Origin: Flavobacteriales bacterium
Lineage (GTDB): Bacteria > Bacteroidota > Bacteroidia > Flavobacteriales_G > Salibacteraceae
NCBI GenBank assembly: GCA_020435995.1
Contig: JAGQYO010000006.1
Span: 2,105 to 66,104 of the forward strand
Direction of reading: 5' to 3'
Length of the DNA: 64,000 bases
Made by a program: the position numbers and the translations under genes. Position 1 is the first letter of the stretch, and each line of letters opens with the position of its first letter. Under the pieces are notes generated by a model that made no database searches, had not been told where the DNA came from, and saw nothing but the letters and a program-made list of their open reading frames with translations. Of the stretch, positions 19,147 to 29,065 are shown piece by piece.

Positions 19147-19487
19147 AAGAGGATTGGATAGACCTAACGAATTATCGTGAGCATCCCAGCCAAAAAGGAT
19201 TTCAAGTTTTTCATTTTACCAAATTGGATCAGGCTGATTTTTTTGAAATTAAACTTCAAGAATCGGACTTGTTTTATGAACGCTACAACGAAGAAAAGGG
19301 GAGTCATACCGTATACTATTTTGCAGTTAAATTAAAAGACATGGAGCTCGTAAGAAAGCTGAATGACGTGACCATCGGAAAGTTTCGATCTCCTTTTATT
19401 GCCAGTACACCAGTTCGGTGGTTGATCTTTGCGGCCACATTGGTCATTTTAACACTGGCTATTATTGGCGCCATTAAAAACAGTTAA
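19143..19487 (+). CDS. Hypothetical tail-anchored membrane protein
   Basis: 114 aa. The TTG start overlaps the M23 stop (TTGA). A soluble roughly 90-aa domain is followed by a single C-terminal TM helix (VRWLIFAATLVILTLAIIGAI). I recognise no motif. Confidence 0.4.
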   Translation: MKEDWIDLTNYREHPSQKGFQVFHFTKLDQADFFEIKLQESDLFYERYNEEKGSHTVYYFAVKLKDMELVRKLNDVTIGKFRSPFIASTPVRWLIFAATLVILTLAIIGAIKNS

Positions 19488-19534
19488 GAGCCAAACGTTT
19501 CGTCGATCCCGTCGTTAGGAAGCTGAGTCTGGTT

Positions 19535-19542
19535 TACTTTTG
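19535..19542 (+). promoter_or_regulatory. Candidate -7 promoter box (TACTTTTG), 4 nt before the ATG
   Basis: Exact TAnnTTTG match. The ATG at 19547 follows after 4 nt (aatt). Confidence 0.45.
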
Positions 19543-19546
19543 AATT

Positions 19547-21187
19547 ATGAACATGAGAATATTTCTTCTCCCTCTTTTTTTCTTTGGTTTGTTTTTGGAA
19601 TTACAAAGCCAATCTAGCCAGCAAGAGTATATGATTCAGTTTAAGCCTAATGTTCAAGCTCAGTCCATAATTGAATCTTATCGATCAGAAAATGAAGCGA
19701 CTCCAGCCTTTCAACTAACGGAAGTGCTAAGCGACGAATTGAATATTCACACAATTGTTATTCACCAAAACCAGGGAATGGAAAGCTCACTTTATGAGCA
19801 CCTCAAGTCAGACATAAACGTGTTGGCAATTCAAAAAAACCACACCGATATTGAACTCAGAACCGAACCAAACGACCCGTCTTTTGCAGGGCAATGGCAT
19901 TTAAAAAACATAAATGCTAGCCAAGCTTGGGATATAGCAAAAGGTGGAAAAACAGCCAAAGGGGACGAAATTGTGGTAGCTATTTTAGACGAGAGCTTTG
20001 AGATTTCGCACAATGACCTTAAAAACAATTTTTGGAAAAATAAGCATGATTCCATCGATGGCGTCGACAATGACCACAATGGGTTTACGGACGACTTCGA
20101 TGGCTGGAATTTTTACAGAGATACCAATTGGATCAGTTCATCCTCCGGAGGCACGAATAGGGTGCATGGAACTATGGTGGCTGGTGTAGCTGGGGCTACT
20201 ACCAACAACAACAGTGGGGTAGCATCGGTAGGCTGGGGAATAAAGGTGCTGCCAGTAATGGCGTCTGGTACCAATGAGTCGTTTGTAGTAAAGGGTCTAC
20301 AATATGTGCTGAAAATGAGAAAGCTGTATAACAGAACTGATGGTGATTCAGGGGCCTACATCGTTGCTTGTAACATGAGTTTTGGGGTAAATGAAGGTAG
20401 CCCCGCAGATTACCCTATTTGGTGTAATTTGTTAGAAGAATTAGGTAAAGCAGGTGTTTTATCAGTAGGCGCTGGTCCCAATAGTAATACAAATGTTGAT
20501 ATGCTTGGAGATATACCCACCACGTGCCCAAGCGATTATCTTATATCCGTTACAAGATCAAATAACAAGGATGAAATCACTGGCGGGGGTTATGGTAAAA
20601 TAAACATGGACGTTGTTGCCCCAGGTTGGGACATATTAACCACAGCATTAAATAGTCAAACAGGGTCAAATCATGGTAGCAGTTTTTCTGCACCACAAGC
20701 AACGGGTGCCATTGCATTGATGTACAGCGCGCTACCATCCGAGGTTTTCGATACTTATAAGGACAATCCATCTGGTTTGGCTTTTTTGGTTCGTTATTAT
20801 TTACTCCAAAATGGTGTTAGAAAACTAGATCACTTAACAGATAAATTAAGCTCTGGAGGGGCTTTAGATGTTGGAGCGGCAGTAAAAATTGCTTCTCAAG
20901 GGCCACCGTTATACCTATCTGATGTATCTCAATCAAATCATCAAATTAAACTGTTTCCAAATCCAATTCACGGGGAAGATGTAATGGTGAATGCTACGTT
21001 TAACCTTGATGAGACCAATTTTCATGTTTGGGATTTAACTGGCAAAGAAATTTTAAACGGGAAGCTACATCAAGGCTCTAACAACCAAGCAAGTATAGAT
21101 ATTAGGCAACTTAATTCTGGAATGTACGTCTTTGAAGTAACGAGTGAAGTTTTTGGAGCTCAAAGGCAATTGATTCAAAAACTATAG
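19547..21187 (+). CDS. S8 (subtilisin) family serine peptidase with T9SS type A C-terminal sorting domain
   Basis: 546 aa. The catalytic triad contexts are VVAILDESF (Asp), HGTMVAGVAGA (His) and GSSFSAPQATGAIALM (Ser). C-terminal LFPNPIHGEDVMV...GMYVFEVTSE... is the T9SS CTD. Confidence 0.9.
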   Translation: MNMRIFLLPLFFFGLFLELQSQSSQQEYMIQFKPNVQAQSIIESYRSENEATPAFQLTEVLSDELNIHTIVIHQNQGMESSLYEHLKSDINVLAIQKNHTDIELRTEPNDPSFAGQWHLKNINASQAWDIAKGGKTAKGDEIVVAILDESFEISHNDLKNNFWKNKHDSIDGVDNDHNGFTDDFDGWNFYRDTNWISSSSGGTNRVHGTMVAGVAGATTNNNSGVASVGWGIKVLPVMASGTNESFVVKGLQYVLKMRKLYNRTDGDSGAYIVACNMSFGVNEGSPADYPIWCNLLEELGKAGVLSVGAGPNSNTNVDMLGDIPTTCPSDYLISVTRSNNKDEITGGGYGKINMDVVAPGWDILTTALNSQTGSNHGSSFSAPQATGAIALMYSALPSEVFDTYKDNPSGLAFLVRYYLLQNGVRKLDHLTDKLSSGGALDVGAAVKIASQGPPLYLSDVSQSNHQIKLFPNPIHGEDVMVNATFNLDETNFHVWDLTGKEILNGKLHQGSNNQASIDIRQLNSGMYVFEVTSEVFGAQRQLIQKL

Positions 21188-21195
21188 GATTGAAT

Positions 21196-22356
21196 ATGAA
21201 AAGGAGAATCGTTACGTGGGCTGTTTTGTTGGGAATATTGGTTACGCTAAGCCAATGCAAAAAGGAAGATCCTATGGAGAGTGTTCCAGCAACTAAAGTG
21301 CCGGTGCCGCCAGTTGCTCCACCGCCTGCTAAACCCCCTTTTAATCCAACTAAGTTCACACTCGCGCCTCCCTTGTATTTCCCACCCTTTCCTTCCCATG
21401 TAAACACTGTATTGAGCAAAGAGGCTGTGGCATTAGGCCGTAAATTATTTTTCGAAAAAAGACTTTCAGGAGACAACACACAATCATGTGCAAGTTGTCA
21501 CAACCAAAAATTTGCTTTTAGTGATAACGGAAAGGCTTTCTCGACGGGCATAGATGGAAAAGATGGAGACATGAATGCAATGGCCATCGTGAACTTAGCT
21601 TGGGGTAACGGATTTTTTTGGAACGGAAGGTCAACAACAATGGAAAAGCAAGCCATCGAACCTGTTAGAAATCCAATTGAGATGCACAGTACTTGGGAGG
21701 TCGGACTGAAAAAACTCAAGGAAGACTCTGTATACGTCAACATGTTTTGGGCTGCATTCGGAGTGGAAGATTTTGACTCGTCGCACGCCGCAAGTGCGAT
21801 TACCCAGTTTGAAATGACTTTGTTAAGCGCAAATAGCGAATATGATAAAGCCGTGGCTAAAACACAAAATGACCCTAGAGTAGCGCCCATATTTACCGAT
21901 GCTTCGGTGCGTAGAGGTTTTATTATTTTTACTACAGAGCCTAGTCCAAATGGTGGAGGAGCTGATTGTTTTCACTGCCACAATCCAGATAACATGCTTT
22001 TTACAAACAATGGATTTTTAAACAACGGCTTGGATGTATCACCAAAGGATGGTTACAAAGAAGTAACTGGACTTGAGACGGATCGAGGAAAATTTAAAGT
22101 TCCCACACTGCGAAATGTGCAGTACTCATATCCTTACATGCACGATGGCCGATTTAAAACATTGGAAGAAGTAGTAGAATTTTACAATTCAGGTGTGAAT
22201 TTTAATTCGCCTAACATAAGTGCATTTATGAACAAGCCGGGAAGAACAAGCGGATTAAATCTAAAAGTCCAAGAGAAAAAGGACTTAGTCAACTTTTTGA
22301 AAGCCCTGTCAGATCAGGACTTTTTAAACAATACTGAATTCGGAGAGCCGAACTGA
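21196..22356 (+). CDS. Di-haem cytochrome c peroxidase (CCP/MauG family) lipoprotein
   Basis: Two CxxCH haem motifs (CASCHN, CFHCHN) and PTLRNV...PYMHDG typical of bacterial CCP. I prefer ATG 21196 (MKRRIVTWAVLLGILVTLSQC, lipobox) over the ORF-track TTG at 21190. Confidence 0.88.
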   Translation: MKRRIVTWAVLLGILVTLSQCKKEDPMESVPATKVPVPPVAPPPAKPPFNPTKFTLAPPLYFPPFPSHVNTVLSKEAVALGRKLFFEKRLSGDNTQSCASCHNQKFAFSDNGKAFSTGIDGKDGDMNAMAIVNLAWGNGFFWNGRSTTMEKQAIEPVRNPIEMHSTWEVGLKKLKEDSVYVNMFWAAFGVEDFDSSHAASAITQFEMTLLSANSEYDKAVAKTQNDPRVAPIFTDASVRRGFIIFTTEPSPNGGGADCFHCHNPDNMLFTNNGFLNNGLDVSPKDGYKEVTGLETDRGKFKVPTLRNVQYSYPYMHDGRFKTLEEVVEFYNSGVNFNSPNISAFMNKPGRTSGLNLKVQEKKDLVNFLKALSDQDFLNNTEFGEPN

Positions 22357-22523
22357 GCAATTGTTAATTATTAATCGGAACCTTTGAGATGGTTCCACGT
22401 AAATGTTGCCATTGCTTTAACACCCCTCGAAAAGCAATATTAATGCTCAATTAAGTGCGTAAAAGTCATTAAACTTGCGTACGGTATTGAGAGCCCAATA
22501 ACCCTTAAACAAACAATACACTA

Positions 22524-25500
22524 ATGAGGAGTGTCGTAATTTTTATATGCTTAGGCCTATCGCTTGGTTCTTACGCCCAATGCCCGAGAATAATTGATGG
22601 AAATGGTGTAGCGAGTACCAATCCTAGATGGGTTCATTGCGCTGGAACAGGTTACACACTTTTTATTCAAACCAATATAAATGTAGGTGCTTATACGATA
22701 GATTGGGGCGATGGAAATACCACCAACGGCGCTAGTTTGATTCCGCCTGCCACTGTTTCGCATACCTACCCAGCTACACTAAAGAATTACAACATTACTT
22801 TCACTGAGCCGGGTAAAGGCTGCGTTATAAACGGGCTACTCGTAATTGAAAGGCCTGTAAATGCTTCAATTACCAGACCTTTAGGCTCTGGAGGTGCTAC
22901 AACGATTTGCGCCCCGGGTTCATTGGGATTTATAAATACTAGCACTGATGGTTCGGCAAATACTACCTACCGTTGGAATTTTGGAGACGGAAGCGCCATA
23001 GTTGTTAAGGGGCCAAATGATACAGGACTTACCACGACACATACGTACTTGCAAAACACTGTAAATTGCAATACGGTGGTTACACTCGAAGCAGAAAATT
23101 ATTGCACCACTACACCTTCATTTGCCCAAGTAGGCCCGATCAATGTATACGATATAGATGATGCTGGAATTACTCCAACGGCTACCTTCCTATGCTATCC
23201 CGACACAGTGGTGGGTTTTTTGAATACCTCTAATTTGAATTGTAGGCCTCAGGGGAATACCGTACAACGGTATGAGCATTGGAACTTTGGAAACCATTGG
23301 GGAAAAGGCCAGGACAGTATTTTGGGTTGGATTCCTTTTGCGAACCCGCCTTCCCAAACCTATAATTTAAAGTTTCCAGGAAAAGGCACATATACCATCA
23401 CCCTCCAGGATAGCAACATGTGTGGTGTGGATCAAATAGCAACAACCATCACAATTGGTGATCCGCCAGTAGCGGCGTTTACGCCAAATAAAGACACAGT
23501 TTGTGCTGGGAAGAATATCACTTTTGTGAATAATTCAAGCGGAGGAGCCAATCAAAGCCGTTGGAACTTTGGCGATGGAGTCTGGCGCACGCGAAACATG
23601 AACAACCAAACACGAACCTTCAATACACCCGGACCTTATACCATTTACCTTGCAGTTTTAAATACCAACGGTTCTGTTTCGTGTACCGACACTATAACAA
23701 AAAACATTTATGTTTTGGCCGGTCCCACAGCCGATTTTAGCATAAACCCGGCTTCTGGTTGTGATTCAACCGTGGTGGCAATTACCGAAAATGCGTCGAA
23801 CGCGGCCCTGTATAATTGGAATTTTGGCGATGGCACATCGAGTTCATTAACCAATCCCCCAGCTCATAAATATGACTCAGTTGCGGTGTATACTTTAGCC
23901 CTAACCGTTACACATGCCAATGGCTGCACCGATGCCACTTCAAAAACGGTTACTATTTATGGTTCTCCCGTTGTAGATTTTACGCCAAAAAATGTTTGTG
24001 AAGGCGTAGTAGCCTCTTTTACCGATAATTCTACAAGCCCTGTAGGCGACCCCATTACCACGTGGAATTGGTCCTTTGGTGATGGAGGAAGCAGCAATGC
24101 ACAAAACCCAACACACCAATATGATACTTCTAAAACATATTCGCTCAGTTTGACCGTTTCAACGGCTCACTGCACAAGCAACAAGAGTTTCAACCTTGTT
24201 GTGGAACCGAAACCGACGGCAGATTTTTCTATTTTGGATACGGCAGGATGTTCTCCCTTGGGAATTTCATTTACCAACACGTCCTTAGTTTCGTCTGTTT
24301 ACTTATGGAATTTTGGCGATGGCGATACTTCCTCACTTACTTCTCCTTCCCATTCATTTTTAAATTCTTCTTTGAGCAATGTGTTTTATAACATTTCACT
24401 AATTGCCAGCACGGCCTTTGGTTGTTCTGATACCGCGTATGACACAGTGGAGGTTTATCAAGTTCCAAATGCTTCATTTACTTCAACAGCCGTAGCAGCT
24501 TGTGGGCCGTATGATGTTGATTTTACCAACACAAGCACAGGAGGCATAAGCAGGTTATGGTTGTTTGGAGATGGCGATACAAGCACGGCCAACAACCCAA
24601 CACATACTTATCAGAACAAAACGAACTTCAACACAATTTACAAGGCCAAACTAGTGGTATATTCTGCTAATGGCTGTACAGATACTACCCAGCAATCGAT
24701 TACGATATACCCGGAGCCTATTTTTCCTTTTCAAACGCTGCCTGATTCAGGATGTAGTCCATTGCGCGTAACTTTTCCAGCCCTTGTTGGAGCGGTAGCC
24801 TACAAATGGTATTTTGGCGACGGAGATTCGGCCACTGGTCCTTCACCCAGCCATACTTTTACCAATTCCACAACGAATAATTTTAGTTACACCACAACGC
24901 TCATAGCAACCAATAGCAGTGGTTGTAGTGATACCAACAGTGCTAACATATTGGTGTTCCCCAATCCTAGAGCCAGTTTTACTACCCTAGACTCGGTAAG
25001 TTGCCAGCCGCACCCTGTCACTTTTACAAACAATTCAACGGGAGCTGTAGCCTACAAGTGGAACTTTGGAAATGGAGTTACAAGCGACACCACGTCCTCT
25101 ACAATATCCCAGACCTACATTCATAATTTATCAGTTACCAAACATTCCACAATACAACTCATTGCCATCACCGCGGATGGATGTAGGGATACAGCGTACC
25201 ACCAAGTTTCAACCTTTCCCAAGATCATTGCTGGCTTCAGCCCAAACAGAAGAGAAGGTTGTAGCCCATTGCCAGTTGTATTTCAAGATACCAGCAGGGG
25301 TGCGCAGTTTTATAGCTGGACATTTGGTGATGGTTCCAGTAGTGCAGCTTCGGCACCTTCACATACTTTTTCAAACAGCAATTTATTGGACACGAGCTTG
25401 GTAACCCAGCTCAAAATAACTTCGCAGTTTGGTTGTACCGATAGCGTTACAGATACCATGTTGGTACATCCCTTACCCATAGCCAATTTCTCAAAAACAG

Positions 25501-28058
25501 TAATCAATGGATGCCACCCCTTGCTTGTAGGGTTTACAAATAACTCACAAATAGCGGATACTAATTTCTGGTATTTTGGCGATGGAAATACCAATTTCAC
25601 CAATTCAAGTAGCATTCAACACACTTATGTAAATGCGGGTTCCATTTCGGTTTTTAATACAGTGAAGCTCATCACCGAAACCAATTTTGGATGCAAGGAT
25701 TCAAGTTCGCAGATCGTAGAAGTTTATCCCGAAATTATTGCAAGGGCCGTGTTGTCAGATACGGTTGGGTGCACTGATTTACCTGTAAGCTTTTCTTCCA
25801 ATTCTAAGGGGGCTCAATTTTTTAAGTGGAAATTTGGTGATGGGGATAGCAGCATCACCGCAAGTAGTTCACATACTTTCAAAAACACACTACTCAAAGA
25901 CACAACATTTACCGTTAAATTTAAGGTGAGTTCTACTTATGGATGTGAGGATTCAACAAGCCAATTGGTTCGAATTCATCCCAAACCTGTGGCCGCTTAC
26001 TCTCATCCATTTTTAAGAGGTTGTCATCCCTTCTCTGTAAATTTGACCAATACATCATCAATAGCTGATACTAATTTTTGGTTTTTTGGTGACGGGAATA
26101 CCAGTTTTACAAATGCTACATCGGTTAACCATATTTATCTGAACACTGGTGCCGTATCTACGACACATAACTTGAAATTAATTGCCCAAACCGTACATGG
26201 ATGTAAAGACTCTGTAACACGGGTTGTGACGGTTTATCCCGAAATTATTGCGCGGTGTAAGCTAAGCGACACCATAGGATGCACAGATCTAAACGTTGTA
26301 TTTAAGGACACATCTAAAGGTGCACAATTTTTTGATTGGAGATTTGGAGATGGTAATTCCGCCACAACTCCCAACACACAACATACTTACTCCAATACCC
26401 TCCTTCGCGATACGGTGTTCAAATTGAGCTACTTGGTGGTATCGGGTTATGGATGTGCCGATTCCCTTAAACAAGATATTACGGTACACGCGAAACCAAT
26501 TTCTAGTTTTCTTAATTCGGTAAACAAAGGCTGTCAAGATTTGGCTGTGGACTTCACCAACAATTCACAAATTGCGGACATTAACCTATGGAATTTTGGA
26601 GATGGCGATACATCTATGTCGGGTGGAAATGTGCGCCATACCTATACCCATACGAGTCCAGTTTCTCAAAAATACAGAGTTACGCATAAGGCAATTACTT
26701 TAAACGGTTGTCAAGATAGCACGTCAAAAGAAATTGAAGTGTACCCGCAGATTCATGCGGGGTTTGCTGTATCTGATTCTAATGGTTGTAGTGAACTCAC
26801 GGTTCAAATGTTTAACCAAAGCATTGGAGAGAATCAATATGACTGGGATTTCGGAGATGGAAATTCGGAAAGAATTGCAGATCCGGTTCATAGGTTTTCA
26901 AACACTGATACCGTAAATTTATCTCGAGTTGTTAAGCTGAAAGTTACATCCGTCTATGGGTGTAAGGATTCGGCCTCACGACAGATGACCATCTATCCTC
27001 AGCCGGTAGCCAATTTGCTGGCAAGTCCGGGTAGACAGAAATTCCCAAGCGCAACGGTAACTTTGGGCAATAACAGTTCAATTGGCCCATGGAGCCATAA
27101 CTGGAGTTATGGAGATGGCAATACCAGTTCCATCAAATTTCCTGGAAGTCATACTTACGATACTTGGGGCGAGTTTTCCATCGAGCTTATTGTAAAATCT
27201 CCGCACTGTAGTGATACAGCCTTACAAAAAATCATCATAGAACCACCCCGTGCCGTTGTGGCTTTTACGGGTTCAGGTAGAGGTTGTAGGCCCCTCACAG
27301 TGAATTATACCAACCAAACACAATACGGTAAAAACTTTATATGGAATTTTGGTGATGGCGGTACGAGCAGCCTTGAAGCACCAGCGCCATATACTTATTA
27401 CAACCCAGGAACTTTTTCCGTAACCCTCACAGTAATTGGTTTTGATGGCGAACCGGTAACCGTGGTTAAAGAAGACAGTGTGGTGGTAAATGAAGAGAGC
27501 AGGTCTTTCTTCGATTTGCGGCCTGATGTAGTTTCCGTTCCGTCAGAACCAGTTTTGCTTTACAACCTTTCGAATTTTGCAGACAGATGGATTTGGGATA
27601 TGGGCGATGGAACAACCTACACCGAACGCAACCCAGAGCACTATTACAAACAAGGAGGAGTGTACACGATAACTCTTATTTCGGATAATGAATTTGGATG
27701 CGCCGACACTTTTTCTATTGAAAATGCTGTAACGGCCAATGCCGAAGGTTCGGTTACTTTTCCAAATGCGTTTATTCCCGATGCAACGAGTAGAGGAAGC
27801 GGCCAATACGACCCCAATTCATTGGATAACGCCATATTCTTTCCCATCATAAAGGGCGTAGTAGAATACGAGCTGATAATTTTTAATCGCTGGGGAGAAA
27901 TGGTGTTTAGAACAGAAGAAATTCACACTGGTTGGACGGGATATTATAGAGATACAGAAAAACTCTGTGCACAAGATGTGTATGTGTGGAAGGCCACAGG
28001 AAAATTTGTAAACGGCGATTCATTTGAAGAGGCAGGGGAGGTGACCTTATTGCGATGA
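22524..28058 (+). CDS. Giant cell-surface adhesin-like protein: about 20 PKD domains plus gliding-motility/CHU_C (T9SS type B) C-terminal domain
   Basis: 1844 aa. I count 20 W-x-[FW]-G-D-G PKD signatures. C-terminal FPNAFIPD...IFNRWGEMVFR...GWTGY...YVWKA is the type B CTD. Confidence 0.9.
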   Translation: MRSVVIFICLGLSLGSYAQCPRIIDGNGVASTNPRWVHCAGTGYTLFIQTNINVGAYTIDWGDGNTTNGASLIPPATVSHTYPATLKNYNITFTEPGKGCVINGLLVIERPVNASITRPLGSGGATTICAPGSLGFINTSTDGSANTTYRWNFGDGSAIVVKGPNDTGLTTTHTYLQNTVNCNTVVTLEAENYCTTTPSFAQVGPINVYDIDDAGITPTATFLCYPDTVVGFLNTSNLNCRPQGNTVQRYEHWNFGNHWGKGQDSILGWIPFANPPSQTYNLKFPGKGTYTITLQDSNMCGVDQIATTITIGDPPVAAFTPNKDTVCAGKNITFVNNSSGGANQSRWNFGDGVWRTRNMNNQTRTFNTPGPYTIYLAVLNTNGSVSCTDTITKNIYVLAGPTADFSINPASGCDSTVVAITENASNAALYNWNFGDGTSSSLTNPPAHKYDSVAVYTLALTVTHANGCTDATSKTVTIYGSPVVDFTPKNVCEGVVASFTDNSTSPVGDPITTWNWSFGDGGSSNAQNPTHQYDTSKTYSLSLTVSTAHCTSNKSFNLVVEPKPTADFSILDTAGCSPLGISFTNTSLVSSVYLWNFGDGDTSSLTSPSHSFLNSSLSNVFYNISLIASTAFGCSDTAYDTVEVYQVPNASFTSTAVAACGPYDVDFTNTSTGGISRLWLFGDGDTSTANNPTHTYQNKTNFNTIYKAKLVVYSANGCTDTTQQSITIYPEPIFPFQTLPDSGCSPLRVTFPALVGAVAYKWYFGDGDSATGPSPSHTFTNSTTNNFSYTTTLIATNSSGCSDTNSANILVFPNPRASFTTLDSVSCQPHPVTFTNNSTGAVAYKWNFGNGVTSDTTSSTISQTYIHNLSVTKHSTIQLIAITADGCRDTAYHQVSTFPKIIAGFSPNRREGCSPLPVVFQDTSRGAQFYSWTFGDGSSSAASAPSHTFSNSNLLDTSLVTQLKITSQFGCTDSVTDTMLVHPLPIANFSKTVINGCHPLLVGFTNNSQIADTNFWYFGDGNTNFTNSSSIQHTYVNAGSISVFNTVKLITETNFGCKDSSSQIVEVYPEIIARAVLSDTVGCTDLPVSFSSNSKGAQFFKWKFGDGDSSITASSSHTFKNTLLKDTTFTVKFKVSSTYGCEDSTSQLVRIHPKPVAAYSHPFLRGCHPFSVNLTNTSSIADTNFWFFGDGNTSFTNATSVNHIYLNTGAVSTTHNLKLIAQTVHGCKDSVTRVVTVYPEIIARCKLSDTIGCTDLNVVFKDTSKGAQFFDWRFGDGNSATTPNTQHTYSNTLLRDTVFKLSYLVVSGYGCADSLKQDITVHAKPISSFLNSVNKGCQDLAVDFTNNSQIADINLWNFGDGDTSMSGGNVRHTYTHTSPVSQKYRVTHKAITLNGCQDSTSKEIEVYPQIHAGFAVSDSNGCSELTVQMFNQSIGENQYDWDFGDGNSERIADPVHRFSNTDTVNLSRVVKLKVTSVYGCKDSASRQMTIYPQPVANLLASPGRQKFPSATVTLGNNSSIGPWSHNWSYGDGNTSSIKFPGSHTYDTWGEFSIELIVKSPHCSDTALQKIIIEPPRAVVAFTGSGRGCRPLTVNYTNQTQYGKNFIWNFGDGGTSSLEAPAPYTYYNPGTFSVTLTVIGFDGEPVTVVKEDSVVVNEESRSFFDLRPDVVSVPSEPVLLYNLSNFADRWIWDMGDGTTYTERNPEHYYKQGGVYTITLISDNEFGCADTFSIENAVTANAEGSVTFPNAFIPDATSRGSGQYDPNSLDNAIFFPIIKGVVEYELIIFNRWGEMVFRTEEIHTGWTGYYRDTEKLCAQDVYVWKATGKFVNGDSFEEAGEVTLLR
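24957..26996 (+). repeat. Higher-order tandem repeat: four di-PKD units of 510 nt (170 aa) inside the giant gene
   Basis: The linker codons ([FHY]-P-x-P) fall at 24957, 25467, 25977 and 26487, exactly 510 nt apart, and then at 26994. The exact 20-mer gtttatcccgaaattattgc occurs at 25722 and 26232, an offset of 510. Confidence 0.85.
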
Positions 28059-29065
28059 GAGTTTGGGTTTTCATATTGCTTTTCTGCACCACCTTCGTAA
28101 AGGCTCAAGATGCTCAGTTGTCACAGTTCTATTCGGCACCATTGCTCATTAACCCTGCTTTTACGGGCAACACAGTTCAGAGTAGATTTACAGCAAACTA
28201 TCGAAATCAGTGGCCTGAAATACCCAACTCAAAAGCATTTACGACCTACGCCTTTGGTTATGATCACAATTTTGAAAATTTTAATAGTGGGGTAGGTCTT
28301 TCTTTTATGAAAGATAACGTAGGTCTTGCAGCATTGAGCACTACCAACATTGCTTTGAGTTATGCATATCGGGCAAAAATTACACGAAAGGTATCATTTA
28401 AGCCTGGCATTCAATTCGGTGTTTCTAATAGATCTATTGATTTTTCTCAACTTACGTTCAACGACCAACTCCAACGAGGTGGTGGTACGTCGTCCGCCGA
28501 AGCAGATTATGCCAAAGAATCGAGGTATTATATGGATATTAATGCCGGTGGAATGGTGTACACACGTGAAATGTGGGCTGGGGTTTCCTTTCATCATTTA
28601 AACTCACCAGATATTGCCCTTTTAGGGCAAGGTTCTTCCAAATTGGCCATGCGAATTTCTATGCATGGTGGATATAAAATTGTACTCAAAAAGAGCATTA
28701 AAAAGAAGGTATTATCGGATCTAACGTTTGCGGCTAACTATAAACATCAGGGGCCAAGAGACCAGCTTGATTTTGGGGCGTATTTTAGTTATGTGCCAGT
28801 CGTAGTTGGACTTTGGTATAGAGGTATTCCATTTAAAAAGCTAGATGCTTCAATCCCAAATAACGAAGCTATTGTTGTGTTGCTCGGCTATAAAAAGGAT
28901 GGCTTAGCCCTGGGATATTCCTACGACCTCACAGTATCTAAACTTTCGGCGGCCACTTCAGGGGGTGCACATGAGCTGTCAGCGAGTTATGAATTTGCAA
29001 GCAGAAAAAACCAGAATAAACGAAGGAGGAGAAGCAGGTTTATGATTCCTTGCCCAAAATTCTAG
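28055..29065 (+). CDS. PorP/SprF family type IX secretion system membrane protein
   Basis: 336 aa with an ATGA overlap to the giant gene. The N-terminal signature AQDAQLSQFYSAPLLINPAFTG and the C-terminal HELSASYEF block are characteristic of PorP/SprF. Confidence 0.88.
   Translation: MRVWVFILLFCTTFVKAQDAQLSQFYSAPLLINPAFTGNTVQSRFTANYRNQWPEIPNSKAFTTYAFGYDHNFENFNSGVGLSFMKDNVGLAALSTTNIALSYAYRAKITRKVSFKPGIQFGVSNRSIDFSQLTFNDQLQRGGGTSSAEADYAKESRYYMDINAGGMVYTREMWAGVSFHHLNSPDIALLGQGSSKLAMRISMHGGYKIVLKKSIKKKVLSDLTFAANYKHQGPRDQLDFGAYFSYVPVVVGLWYRGIPFKKLDASIPNNEAIVVLLGYKKDGLALGYSYDLTVSKLSAATSGGAHELSASYEFASRKNQNKRRRRSRFMIPCPKF

Noticed and set aside
22377-22396. Hairpin ggaacc-N8-ggttcc after the peroxidase gene, and a similar agtaac-agat-gttact at 49614-49629
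   Set aside because: Both have 6-bp stems without a following T tract. They are weak evidence for intrinsic terminators, so I did not list them as features.
25066-25615. Alternative-frame ORFs within the PKD array (25066-25404 plus, 25310-25615 minus)
   Set aside because: These are by-products of the repetitive, stop-poor PKD coding sequence. The main frame carries the PKD signatures.
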